A stretch of 64,000 bases of DNA from positions 8,556,001 to 8,620,000 of the forward strand of contig NC_087436.1 in assembly GCF_036321535.1 (NCBI RefSeq), written 5' to 3'. The DNA is from Camelus dromedarius (Eukaryota). Positions within the stretch are counted from its first letter, which is position 1; each line of letters begins with the position of its first letter. Under the pieces are notes generated by a model. The model did no database searches and had not been told where the DNA came from. It saw only the letters and a list, made by a program, of their open reading frames with translations. A program made the translations under genes and the position numbers. This document shows, piece by piece, positions 41,790 through 53,845 of the stretch.

Positions 41790-42365
41790 ATGACCTTACC
41801 CCTTTCTTTCTGTCTAACAGAGCCATGATGTTGTTTTGGGTTCAGGTGGGTAGCAATGTTCTCAGGGAAGGTAGCCCACTGGGCTAGCAGCACAGGTTTA
41901 AACCAATGACTGATCTCATTCCCCTTTGACAAGGGCTAAGTGTCCCAACATCTCTGGAGGTTAGAGGTGGTCACATGGCTTATCCTAGTTTACACATTGT
42001 AAAGATGAAGATGATGGATGAATTGTGAGAGTGATACGAATTCCCATCAAAATAGACAGGTGGAGACTTCCTTGTACCATCCTTTCCCTTTCTTCCTGCC
42101 TTAGATGCTGCCATATGAAGACACTAAGGCTCAAATTCCAAAGCCATTTTGAGATCATGAAACAATAAGCTTAAGAAGGAAAAGGCAACAATTTGAGGAT
42201 TCAGCAGGAGAAAAATGAAAGGAGACTGAATTTTTCAGTAACAGCCTTGAGATGCTGCATGAACCTAGAATAACTATCCTGAGATTGGATGTTATTGGCG
42301 ATAATTAAATGGTTCTATTGCTTGAGGAAAAGTTAGTCTGGTATTTGGTTAATGGTACTCAGAGG
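41790..42365. mobile_element. Probable MaLR (MLT1-type) LTR remnant
   Basis: ggtggtcacatgg, cttcctgccttagatgctg, agccattttgagatcatga and ctattgcttgag...gttagtctgg motifs; degenerate. Confidence 0.5.
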
Positions 42366-42712
42366 AATGCCAGGTGTTTCATTTCAAGTCTTCATGTACT
42401 GATCAATAATTTCAATGGGTATATAGTGAAAGAATCATCATTAACCATTACACTAATAACAAAGCAATAAGATTCTTTTGATTTTTTATATTTTCCCCTT
42501 TTATGTTAAACTCAATCTGTGTATGCTTATAATAGTCACCCAATTTTGCATACAACTTAAAATGGAATATAATGTTTAGGCTTTTAAATGTTAAAATAGT
42601 TCAATAGGACAACAAAAGTGACAATAACAAAGACATTGCTATCCAATTGATAGGATACCATTAAAAAAAGAACAAAGATCCTTAGATAACTTTAAATAGT
42701 AAAGAACCATTT

Positions 42713-42786
42713 TTTTTTATATTTTATTTTATTTTTTTTACATTTTTTATTGAGTTATAGTCATTTTACAATGTTGTGTCAAATTG
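42713..42786 (-). mobile_element. Very short L1 3' tail
   Basis: T-rich tail plus tttacaatgttgtgtcaaatt, flanked by agaaccattt on both sides. Confidence 0.75.
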
Positions 42787-43270
42787 AGAACCATTTGAAT
42801 AAAAAATTTTGGCTGGCCAGCTCTCATAAGGTTCTTTCCTTTCTACGAGACTCTTCCATAAATATTATCTTATGGGCATACCACAATCTCTAGGTTCTGT
42901 TAATAGCCACATAAAATGGGATAAGACACCTGAGACCGTGTCTTACCAGTCACCAGCCAGCCAGTGGTCAGTGGGCCTGGGATCTGAGTCTGTGATCCTG
43001 CCCAGAGTGGGAACTTCTCTACCTACCAAAGACCATACCTGCTCACTGAGAGTTTCATTCCTGACAGTGTGTGGATGTGTTGCCCTCCTATATATGCCTT
43101 GTGGATGAGAAACAGTCTTTTGCTTTTATTCTTGTTTTTTTCTCTTTTGGAAGGTGAAAAGAAACCCAAGGGGCTCAACGATATGGAGCAGCATTTGTGT
43201 AAGGAGCACAACTGCAGTGGAAAACCACTGACAGGCATGGGGTACCATGTTTATGAGCAAGTGTTTTTAT

Positions 43271-43740
43271 TGTAGGTGATTAGGTTCTTGTCTTGTCACA
43301 GAAATAATTCAGAGACAAGACACAGAAGTTAAGAAAGTAAAGTGAGGATTTATTAAGGGATGGGTAGTGCACTCTCAAGGGGAGAGAGGGCAGACTCAGG
43401 TGAGCAGCTGCCCTGAGCTTCTTTGGCAAGTTGGTTACACAGGGTGTAAAAATGAATGGGCAGAATATTCCTTGGGGAGGGAAGGGCTTGGGGTAGTAGT
43501 CCCTGATTTTCATCCCAGCTCCACCTTCCCGAGGGGAGGAGGGATTTTTTTTGCCCTTATTTGGTCGGGATCGGAGGTGTCATGGTGTTAGTTCTGGATG
43601 GGTTCTTCTAATCTGCAAGGATCATTTTATTGTAATGAGGGCATAATGAGCAAAAGGTTACTTTTGGACACTGGAGATTCCTACATTTTCCAGTGTTTCT
43701 TTGTTGGCCTCCAGGGCACTTGTCACTCCAAAATGTGTGA
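43271..43740 (-). mobile_element. ERV LTR (sense to FSTL5)
   Basis: Begins TGTAGG, then ttcttgtc...aattc and tttatt (minus-strand AATAAA, 43349-43354), typical of a reverse-complemented R/U5. The right boundary is uncertain. Confidence 0.7.
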
Positions 43741-44928
43741 CTTCAAATCTTAGCGTCTTCACTTAAATTTTAACAATAACAATAACAGTAATAATAATAA
43801 TACTATTGGAAGTTACTAACCTTTCCTGTGGCTCCATAATAAAATGGAGACTGTAATAACACCTACTTCAAGGAGTCATTGTAAATATTAGATAAGGTAG
43901 TAAATGTAACAAATATAATGTGTTCAGAGTGTGCCTGGTGCCTGTTGAGCACCACGAAATACCACTACAACTACTGCTAGAGAAATTAACTGAACTAGAG
44001 GTATAGTCATGACACAGCACCAGAGCGTTTTAGAGACGCACTGCTCTCATTGAGCAAATGAAGAAACTGAGAACTGGGAGAGGTTATTTACTGTAATAAA
44101 CAGAGTCTGTGTCCTGGAAGAGTTTGCAGGTGAGAGGGTGAAAGAACTTAAAAGAATTTAAAACGCGTGTCGTGAAATAAAAACAAGGAGCAGATCCCAT
44201 GGGAGCTCAGAGGATGAGCAGGGTGGATGAGGAGGAGGTGATGCTTCAATTAAGCCTTCAAGGATGAACCTTGTTTTATAAGTGGTGAGACAGAGACAAT
44301 TTTTAAAAGTTCACTTATGAGAGAGGGTATGTCCCAGGAAGCGTCAGAAGGCAGTTCCTAATTAATCTTCTTTAAATAAATTAAGAGATATGTTTTTGAA
44401 GGAACAAAACATCAATTTTCAGAACAACTTCAGAATTTAAAAAATTGTTTGTCTCCAAAATTTGTGAACATGTTGTGTTTCAGCATTTCAAAGGTTTGGT
44501 ATTAAATTCAGTTTATTTTGGTGTTTGGTTCTAAAAGCTCACCAGAACGGAAAAAGACATGCAGATAAAAATGAAGAAAAGTCCTTTTGACATACTTTAC
44601 TGGGAAAAGGTTTAACTCTTAGGAAAAAATCTATTTATAAGTTTTCGAGCATGTGGATAGAACACATTTTACACAGAGAATGTTTCCATGGTTTTCAGCA
44701 ATATCATACAGCAAGGACAAAAATCTTTCCAAACAACTGTCTTCAGGATCATCTTGGCTGTAACCCAATTTTCAGTCAAAAAAAATGTTTTCCTCTTGAA
44801 ATTGTCAACTTTTGAAAGGGTGAAATTCCAGGTGTTGGATGTTATGAAATATCTGAAATTCCACTTTGGAAAATAAGCGATCAGTAAATTTAGACTATCA
44901 GCTTTTGTAAAAGAGAAAGACACTATTT

Positions 44929-44929
44929 T

Positions 44930-44962
<33 letters not shown>
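44929..44962. repeat. (TC)n(AC)n compound microsatellite
   Basis: Seen directly. Confidence 0.9.
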
Positions 44963-45229
44963 AATGCTTGTCACAATTAAGTCCTTAAGCTTAATGAAAA
45001 AAGAAGGTAAAGATTGTATTGCCAGTGACGGTCCTCTTCCTCCTATGCCTCACGTCCCACGTGACTGCATCCTTCTCAACACTGAGCTCTTTGTCGCTCC
45101 TGCCCCTCTGCCCCTACACACAGAGCCTCTGGAACCCCCTCTCATGCTTCCTACCTTTGAACCTTCTGCTCATCAACTTTCTCGACCGCTTTGTCAGAGC
45201 AATTTTTTTTTCTTTTTTCAGTAAGCATT

Positions 45230-45810
45230 AGACAGATCATGACAGCCATGTGCTCAAAACACTACAGTATCTTCTCATATCCCTCAGAGTAAAAGTCCAA
45301 AGTCCTTATAATGACCTGTCACTCCCCAGTCTGCTTTCTGAGACCCCCCCTCCTCTTCTCCCCTGATGTCTCCAATCCAGATGCTCAAGCCTCCTTGCTG
45401 TTCTTCCAACACACCAGCCACGCTTCTGCACTTGGAGAGCTTTCCCCTGGAACTAGGCATCTTCCACAGGTGCCCCAGCAGGTGCTTCCAGAATACCTAG
45501 GCTGAGAATCCACCTCCTGGGTGAGGCCAGTCTGAACATCCTGTTTCAAACTGTAACCAGCCCGCCCTTCATGCATTTCCCTTCATCCTCGTCTTCACCA
45601 ATCCCACATGAACCGCTCTGTTTTACCCTTTCCAAGAGCACTGACCACTTTCCATATTGTGTAATTTACATATAACTTTTAGCTATTTTATTTTTCATTG
45701 TCTGTCTCCATCCAGTGGGTTCTAGGCTCCAAGCAGGCAGACCTTTCGTGTTTGTGTAGCTTGGCGATATAACCTATGCACTTAGAACAATACCTTGTAA
45801 ATCATACACA
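45230..45810. mobile_element. L2 LINE 3' remnant
   Basis: agagtaaaagtccaaagtcctta, cctccttgctgttcttccaacacaccag and gcacttagaacaatacct are typical L2 3' motifs. Confidence 0.7.
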
Positions 45811-46803
45811 TCATTACATAGTTAATGACCCTCTAAATCGACTTAATTGGGAAGAACAAATCGCAAAATTGAACATGCCAAGATCATCGTTATTTTTTAC
45901 AGTGAGAACAACTATACTTTGCGACAGGCTTATTATGAACAAAGTTTCTTTCCTAAATATTTTACAAATATAAATTATTTTTTTAATCTTCACTGAAGTC
46001 TTTGTTGACATATCCCATTTGTACAGATAAAAGTAAACAAAAGACGAAGGGAACCAAGTCCATCCCTCCCTCCTATAAAACTCCCACTTTCCTCTCAAGA
46101 TACCCTCACCATCCAACAGAAAGGTGAATTCAGGCATCCAATACTGGTCCATATGTTAAATATTTATACAATGTACTATCATTCTTTTCTTAAGATAAAA
46201 AGGAATGTAAGGGATGTCCCAGGATTCCCTTCCTACAACTGGTCATCTTTCACTTTGCTTGTGTTGCATACACTCCGTCTGGAGACCAGTGGTGTGTATA
46301 TATAGTTTGTTTCTGCAGCCACCAAGCATTTATCAGGAAAACTCATATAAGTCAAAAGACAATGTTCGAGACACAGGATTTGGAGAAAGCGTTGCATATA
46401 AGCTTATTTTTCACCACAAAATTAACCACGTACACACAATGCTGATTTAGTACTTAGCATAAATTTGTTTGGACTACCAATATCATTTTGATAGAAAAAT
46501 TGTTTTTAAACTTTGCCTTGAGAAGCCTATGGAAATGATTGGAAACCTCACCACAACAGGACAAAGGCAATCCGGTTTGATCTCTTGAATGATTCTGTGA
46601 GACGTTGTTTAAATAAAATGTTCTGATACCATAGGTTGGAAATTTCTCTCCCATCCCATAAACACTACAATTTTGTGTAAACAGTAGCATTTGCTTGGCC
46701 TGGTCATATTCAGATAATTAAGCCACAATCTTTCTTCCAAAGATTTATTGGTTTATTAAACATATTCAGAAATATCTTTCAAATAACCTAATTCTGTGTT
46801 GTT

Positions 46804-47256
46804 ATAATTAATGATAGTGATCTACATATGCAGATCTTAGAATCCATATTTCTTATTTTCCCATGTAAGTACTATTTTCAGAGTTAATTTATCATGATGA
46901 ATTAACTTATTCTGCTCCTCTGTAAAAATGTTTAAAATGTATTATATAAGGTAATAACAAAAAGTTACTTGTTTCAGTTTTATCCAGATATTGATATTTT
47001 TATTTAGCGTTTTAAAACATTGTTTAATAATTAATACAATGATCTACATATTCAGGTCCTAGAATCCATATTTCTTAATTTTCTACGTAAGTACCATTTC
47101 AGAGTGTTATAGTATCACGATGAATTACTTCTTATCCTATCCCTTTGTAGAAATGTTTAAAATGGACTATATAATGTAATAACAAAAAGTGTTTATTTGC
47201 TGTAGCTTTATAAAGATATTGATAATTTTTTCTTTAATAGTTAAAAATATTGTTTA
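46804..47256. repeat. Diverged tandem duplication, two ~225-bp units
   Basis: Unit 1 (46804-47026) and unit 2 (47027-47256) share, in order: ataattaat, tgatctacatat, tagaatccatatttctta, gtaagtac, gatgaatta, aaatgtttaaaatg, gtaataacaaaaagt, agatattgata, attgttta. Confidence 0.92.
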
Positions 47257-49541
47257 GGGATACAATTTAGTTATATTATGAGATTCTTTTTGCCTTCTGT
47301 AGATCTATAAACCTCAACTCATAATCCCAACACACCTAGTGTGATACAGATTTATCAGTATTTCTTAAGGGTGGGTGCACCAATTACAAATAACTTTAAA
47401 CTGGTGCTCCACTGGTCATGGACCAGTTGTATCAGCTTCTAGAAAGATGGCTAATTTTGTAAGGAGGAAGCACAGAGAATAGCGACAAAGGTGCACGGAA
47501 CTGGAAGGGCAGCTTTGACGGGAAGAAACAGTGAAGCACATCTTGTTTATCAGTCTGACAAGGAGAGTACCAGCTGGCTAATTAAGTGAACCTAATTTAA
47601 ACTAATGATGTGGATTCTCAGGATAATGTGTAAACTGCTAGAGGAGACCGCGGGTGACACTTAAGAATACCCGGGGTGATACAATAAGCCACTTGTGCAT
47701 CCAAGCAGAACCTGATTTTGCTCTACAGAAAATAAATGAGGTCAGCTGTTTACCAGGTAGTCTTTTACACGGCAAAACATCACCTGCATGTCATTCTTAC
47801 CAAAGTTGTTAATGGCCAGGAGAGCAGTAAGCCTTTGATGTTTAAAGCAACGCCAAGGTTATAGATTACATTAAAAAATCAAGACCTTTTATTTTTAAGC
47901 GGCAGATAAAAATGATATTAATGTATCCACTTAAAACAAAGATGCCCCAGTGGTAAAAATTTATCATGTTTGTAGAACCTTATGTGGTCAAAAAAATATC
48001 TGTCAGTTTAATAATAAAATATAACAGTGTTGCTCAAGTTTTTGAAATGTTTAATCCTAAAATTACACGTTTAATACCAATTCACACTGTCAAATACATG
48101 GAAAAGAAAAAGTCAGAAATTTGATTTCTTAGATAAGGTCGGTATAAAACAGTAGGGATCTAGTTCAATCGGATTTGAAAGATTAAATTTAAGCAAGTGC
48201 CGTGTTGTTTTTTTTTTTTTTTTTTCTGTTCGTTTACTTTTTTTCTTTTTCAAAAATAAAGCAATTTGGTTTTGGACTTCACTGTTCCATCTCTATGTCC
48301 ACCCTATAAAAATTCTACAGTCGTTTTTATCATGTTTGGGAGATGATTAAATTTTGAATATAATTACTATTCTTAGTTGCCACTGTTCAAATACTCAGGT
48401 TAGAAAAAGAAACAGAGATACAACACACCATAAGGAAGTAAAAGTTCATTGAGAAAAGAGGTCAAACTGAGAAAAGGTGTTTACTCTTTACAAAATTAAA
48501 CTTTGCACTTTGCAGTTAACTTTGAGTATGCCCTGCCCTTGGGTATAAATAAAGCTTTAAATCACAAATAAAGCTTTTTACCATTATTTTTTTTAAGTAG
48601 CTAGAAATATTCTTTATTTGAATTGTCTTAAAGCTTGAATTACTTGGATTATTAATTTACAAAACTAACGTTTCAATATCTAATATGTTAAATCTCTCAT
48701 TTACATGTTGTTTTTAAATTAGGAAAAACCTCGAGGGAATTTAGAATTCTAAGAGATGAAGTATTTTCAAGTAAAAAATAGAGTCATTAGGTTATTTCTA
48801 ATTCATTTTTATGTGGGTATTTTTGAGGACTAAAATTCACATCCTCTAAGGTAATGTTAAGGCAAATATAAGGAAGTGTTATTTCATCCAGCAGTTAGTG
48901 GACTTAATGGAACTCAATATCTAAATCTGTTCAGAGGCTGAAATTACACATGGTTGATAAAAAGAGAACTTAGCCAAATTCAAAGATAGAAAATTGTAAA
49001 TTTTTTAAAAGACACTTTTATGGGGGTAAATATCTAAAATTTTAGGTTGATATTTACAATCAACAGTAGACCTGAAAAAGTGGTCTCTTTAACAGAAAGA
49101 AGGCGAGATTGAGTGTACCCAGTATGAAAATGTTCATCTCACAACCTAAGGTGGTCTCTGAATGTGTATGGACTAGATTGTTGCAGAATGTCCCAAATCC
49201 TTGCAGCTGCTACTTCACTCTTCTTCTTTATAGCGAGGTATTCAGTCGCTCCCTCACCCCAATTTAAAATCTTTTCTTTTTATTGACAGAAGGGTGATAT
49301 TCAACTCCATCACATACCTTCTTAGAGCTGTGTGAGCAACCCCCAACACAGAACTGCCTTTTTGCTTCAAGGATTGAGTTCCCACATTTTTCCTACAACG
49401 GGGACCTATCTTTTATGTTAATCTTGGATCCTCCTGTTCTCCAAATGGAAGATAGCAATAAAAAGTGAGGCAATAAGGCTGATAAATGGTGATGCGGGGC
49501 AAGATACCTCAAGAAAAGATTAAAATTTGTTTTTGATAGTA

Positions 49542-50290
49542 TGTTAATGAACTCAGGTCTGGTTGCTTGCTGCTCAAAAATCAGTAGTCAAAAGAGGCAG
49601 ATGTTGGTAGAAAGGAAAGTTGCTTTTAATCAGAATGCCGGCAATTTAGGGAGAAGGTGGACTCATGTCCCCAGAAACCATCTCTGAAGATTCTGCTCAG
49701 CCATAGAAGTTTTAAAGGGAAAAGGGGAAGTGATCTCAGTTGATCACTGAGATGGGGGGGCAGAGTCACCACTGTCCCTCATTGTGTGCAGGCTTGTTGA
49801 CTTCTTGTGATCTGTCCTTAGATATTATTTTGTCCGCAAGGTTTGTCTTCATGATGACTGAAGGGGAAGCTAGGGAAGAGATCTGATTATCTATGAATTA
49901 CTTATTCTTAAGTTCTTCTTTAGGCAAGTCACTGAGTAATCAAAAGATTTAAAAAGGTGTAATTAAGCCAGAGATGAGTAGATCATGAGGGCATTTGGTT
50001 TAAAAGTTAGTTTGGGAGTTTGAGATTTGCAAATGTTACCCATTATATATAAAAATAGATTTTAAAAAAGTTTCTGCTGTATAGCACAGGGAACTATGTT
50101 CACTGCCTTGTAGTAACATTAAATGGAAAAGAAAATGAAAATGAATATATGTATGTATATGCATGACTGGGACATTGCGCTGTACGCCAGAAATCAACAC
50201 ATTGTAACTGACTGTACTTCAGTTTTTTTAAAAGTTAATTACACATGTAGCTGTGCTAAAATGATAAGGCAAAGGTGGTTTCCAAACAGC
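49542..50290 (-). mobile_element. ERV1-like LTR (sense to FSTL5) interrupted by an L1 tail
   Basis: TGTTAATGAAC start and gttggtagaaaggaaagttgcttttaat...gccggcaa...aaccatct resemble the reverse complement of the 3' ends of the LTRs at 25232 and 26612. The right boundary is uncertain. Confidence 0.65.
50010..50226 (+). mobile_element. L1 3' end fragment
   Basis: gagtttgagatttgcaaat...ctgtatagcacagggaactat...gtaactgactgtacttca, nearly colinear with 12415-12605. Flanked by tttaaaagtta. Confidence 0.9.
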
Positions 50291-50959
50291 TGCTTACAGA
50301 AGACGATCTGAGAATAGACAGAGGCTGTAAAACAGAGCAGGTAGAGGGAGTAAAACTGGAAGTCAACCACCAAGTCAGTGAAAATACACAGTTTTAAATT
50401 AGTAGATTTCATCAGATTGCTTGCTAAAATGTTACTTAAGTTGGGGGAAAACTTTCACCTGTAAAGCCATCTAGGACAGAATTTTCTGTTTTAGTCCTCT
50501 TAAATCAGTTCATATAATTAGTCATAAAAACATTCCTTTTTTATTTCTCTTTGGGTTACATGTTATTAACTTATGTTTTGTCTTTAATTTGTCCTTTCCC
50601 TCCACGTTTCCAAAATTTACTGCCATGACTTTCACCTTAATTCTTAGATCCTTTTACTCTCTGCTAGGATTGTGGTCATTATTATCTTCTCTTATTCAAT
50701 TCTAATAGTGTTAATCATGCCTTTACTCCTTGTTCTTTGCCAAAATTCCCAGAGTTCCCTTTTAATTAGTTTTTTTTGAATAAATCATGTTTTACCTTTA
50801 TACATTATTCAATTATATCTTTATATACATATCTTTTTACTTCCCTTCTTTCATTTAGAATATTCTTATTTTCTTCAGCTAATTCTAAAATTACCTAATT
50901 AAATGTTTTATTTCCAATCTATTGTTTATATATTTTTATAAAGGTAGAAAAATTCCCTA

Positions 50960-53050
50960 AAAATACAGCCTTACTTGGATTCCACATTTGTACTCATGAT
51001 TAGCAATATTACTTGATACTGATATTCGTATTTTAAATTTACTTTGCAGTTATTGATAGCTTAGCATTGTGTCAGAGAATCCGTATGGAATAATTTCATT
51101 AATATTTCTTGAGACTCAGTTTATACAGCCCAGCTAGTGTTCATCTTCACTAAATGTTTCATGTAGTGAATGCTAAGGTCTGAATGTTTGTGTCCACCCA
51201 GAATTCATATGTTGTAATCCCAACCCTCAAAGATGATGGTATCAGAAGGTGGGCAGTTGGGAATTGATTAGGTCATAAAGATGGAGTCCTTATGAATGGG
51301 ATTCGTGCTTTTATAAACAAAAGACCCTACAGAGATCCCTTGCCCCTTCCACCACATGAGGACACAGTGAGATGGCACGGGCTATGAACCAGGAAGAAGC
51401 CCCTCACCAGATCATGAACATGCTACCATCTTGATCTTGGACTTTGCACACTCAGAAGTGTGAGAAATAAATTCCTGTGTTTATAAGCTAAGCAGTGTGT
51501 TGTATTTAATTAGCAGCCTGAATGGTGATATGAAATGATACAGAAGATATTTAGAAAGTGACTATTTACTAATAAGGTATATTTAATCACTGCTAGATGA
51601 AAAAGTTAATACTTATATCTGCTAGTTCAAGCATAGTAATAATGTTCAATTTGTATATAGTATTAATTTTGTCTGTTGGTTTATCAAGAAGTATCAAATA
51701 TTTCTCATGTTGATCATGTCAGTCTTGTCTAGTAATATGGAAATAATCACTTTATAAAATTGTAAGCAATTATATATTTTTCTGTTCTTTTTTTTTTCAG
51801 TGAAGTCAAGTTTTTAAATCATTAACTTGCTTTAACTTAACACTTTGTGCTTTAAAGTCTCTTTTAAAATCTGGTGTTAATAAAGCTACATCTGATTTTT
51901 CATTTTGTTGTTCATATATGCCTGCATTATCTGGGACTGTTCTTAAATTTCAAATTTTTTTCTTATTTTGGGGGTATATATCTTATAATCTGCATATGGC
52001 TAGATTTTCACTACTCGGTCCAATGATTTTTATTATCAGCTAGTTACTCCTTCAGTTACTGTAATTAAAAACATGTTTGGTTTTACCTATACCTTGGTTT
52101 AAATTTTTTTTCTATTGGTCTTGGCTTTTTTATTCTTATTACTTTCTTGTTTTTATTTCTTCTTTTCCCTTTGTAGTTATATGTAAGGTGTTCATTTAAT
52201 TTTATTTTTTTCATAGAAAATATAATATTGAAGATATAGATTCTTGTAATACAACTAAACATACTTAACATATGCATAAGCAATCAGTACTTTTCTTATT
52301 CTTAAATAATAGAAGAAATCTTAATATATTTCAAATAATATCAAACTTTTTCCTGTTTACACATTAGTGTACAATACTTAAACACTTTTTTTTTTTTTTT
52401 TTTTGCTGTTTTTGTCCTGCATTTTCACTCTTTCAAAAATTTCAACCTTAAGTTCAGGGAATATCATTATTATTGACAGTCACTATTTTAATAGATCATA
52501 TGTTTAACAATTTACTTGCTCATTGTATATCGAACTTATTGATTGATTAATTTTTCTTATTCCTGAAGCAAATAGTTTTCAGTTTCAGTTTTGTTTCAAT
52601 TCATTTTGTTGATAAAGTCTGTATGTTTTGGCATCTGACACAATAAGTGAGTTATATGCTTTTTTCCACTGACCATACAATATCAGAGTATATTTTATTT
52701 CCACTTAGTCTTTTAATAATATTATTTCACTTTCTTTTGGTGTCTATTATTGCTGTTGAGAAAATTGCCGCTGTTTTCATAGCAATTCCTCTCCCATTTT
52801 AAGATCTTCCTTTTGGCTGTATGTCTGGTTGTACCATGTCAATATATTTGGATATTGATTTTTTTTTTCCACTTGAGTTCCATTGTCCTTTCTAAATCTG
52901 AGAGTTTATTTTATTTCATAAATTGTATACTAAAGAATAATGATAATATTATAAACAATAATGATAACATTATTCTTTATTACATTGTAGAAAGTTCTCA
53001 TTCATTTTGACTTAAATGTCAACTTTTCTCTTTTCTTTGTAGTAGCTCCC
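50960..53050 (-). mobile_element. Ancient L1 remnant (very degenerate), interrupted by an MLT1 LTR
   Basis: Extended T-rich + strand with motifs gcattgtgtcagagaa, tttcttgagact and ttgctgttgagaaa. Confidence 0.5.
51171..51525 (+). mobile_element. MLT1A-like MaLR LTR
   Basis: tgctaaggtctgaatgtttgtgtccacccagaattcatatgttg...ccatcttgatcttggactt...gtgagaaataaattcctgtgtttataagc...tagcagcctgaatgg. Confidence 0.85.
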
Positions 53051-53206
53051 TCTGGAATTTATCATTTCTACTGTTAGAAAGGATTCCTACTTTTTTATGG
53101 AAAATAAACTTTATTTTTTATATACTTTTTTGTACATATATTTATTTACTTTTTGTATAATATATAGTAAGTATAATGTATAAACAAAATCTTATATATT
53201 TAAATA

Positions 53207-53845
53207 CATTTGAGTCTCTCATTAGTGGTAGTTGTTCTATGAAGTCACCAGAAACATTAAATTTCCAAATCCTGCACCACTGTTTCCAGAGGAAATGTAC
53301 AGTTAGCTTCTTATTGGCTTCTGGGCACAAGATTTTCAACTCATCAGCATATATCTTGGCCTCATGAGTGTTATGAGTTCTGTATTGATCAGTTGATCAG
53401 CTGATCAATACATAACTTGGTTTCATGAGTGTTTCTGTTCAGAAACACTTTATTTAATATGCACAGTTAATTAATTAACATTAATTAACATTGAACTGAA
53501 CAGTATTGACTCATGCCTGAATGAAGCTTACCATCAGGACACCACAGCCTTCCTGCACAAACATTTCAACCCAAGGCTCAGGTGCCATTTTGAACAGCAA
53601 AATTGTCAACAAAAGCAGTGCACTAAATATACCATGAGAAGACACTTGTTCACGGTACGAGGGTTGAAACAAGAAGGCACCTTGTTCACTCTTAGCTGGG
53701 AGCACGTCACATGATATACTTTTCACCACTTTGCGCATGTCCCTGAATGACTGTAAAATCATGATGAGTATTGGTTTTGCGGGTCTAAATAAATTTAAGA
53801 AAGTAGCTGCATTTTAAATACAGAATCAACAATGAGAATCAACTG
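53207..53845. mobile_element. MER82-like TcMar-Tigger DNA transposon
   Basis: TA dinucleotides on both flanks, imperfect terminal inverted repeats (catttgagtctc / gagaatcaactg), and internal gatcaatacataac, ctcatgcctgaatgaagctta and gaaacaagaaggca as in the recalled MER82 consensus. Confidence 0.75.
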
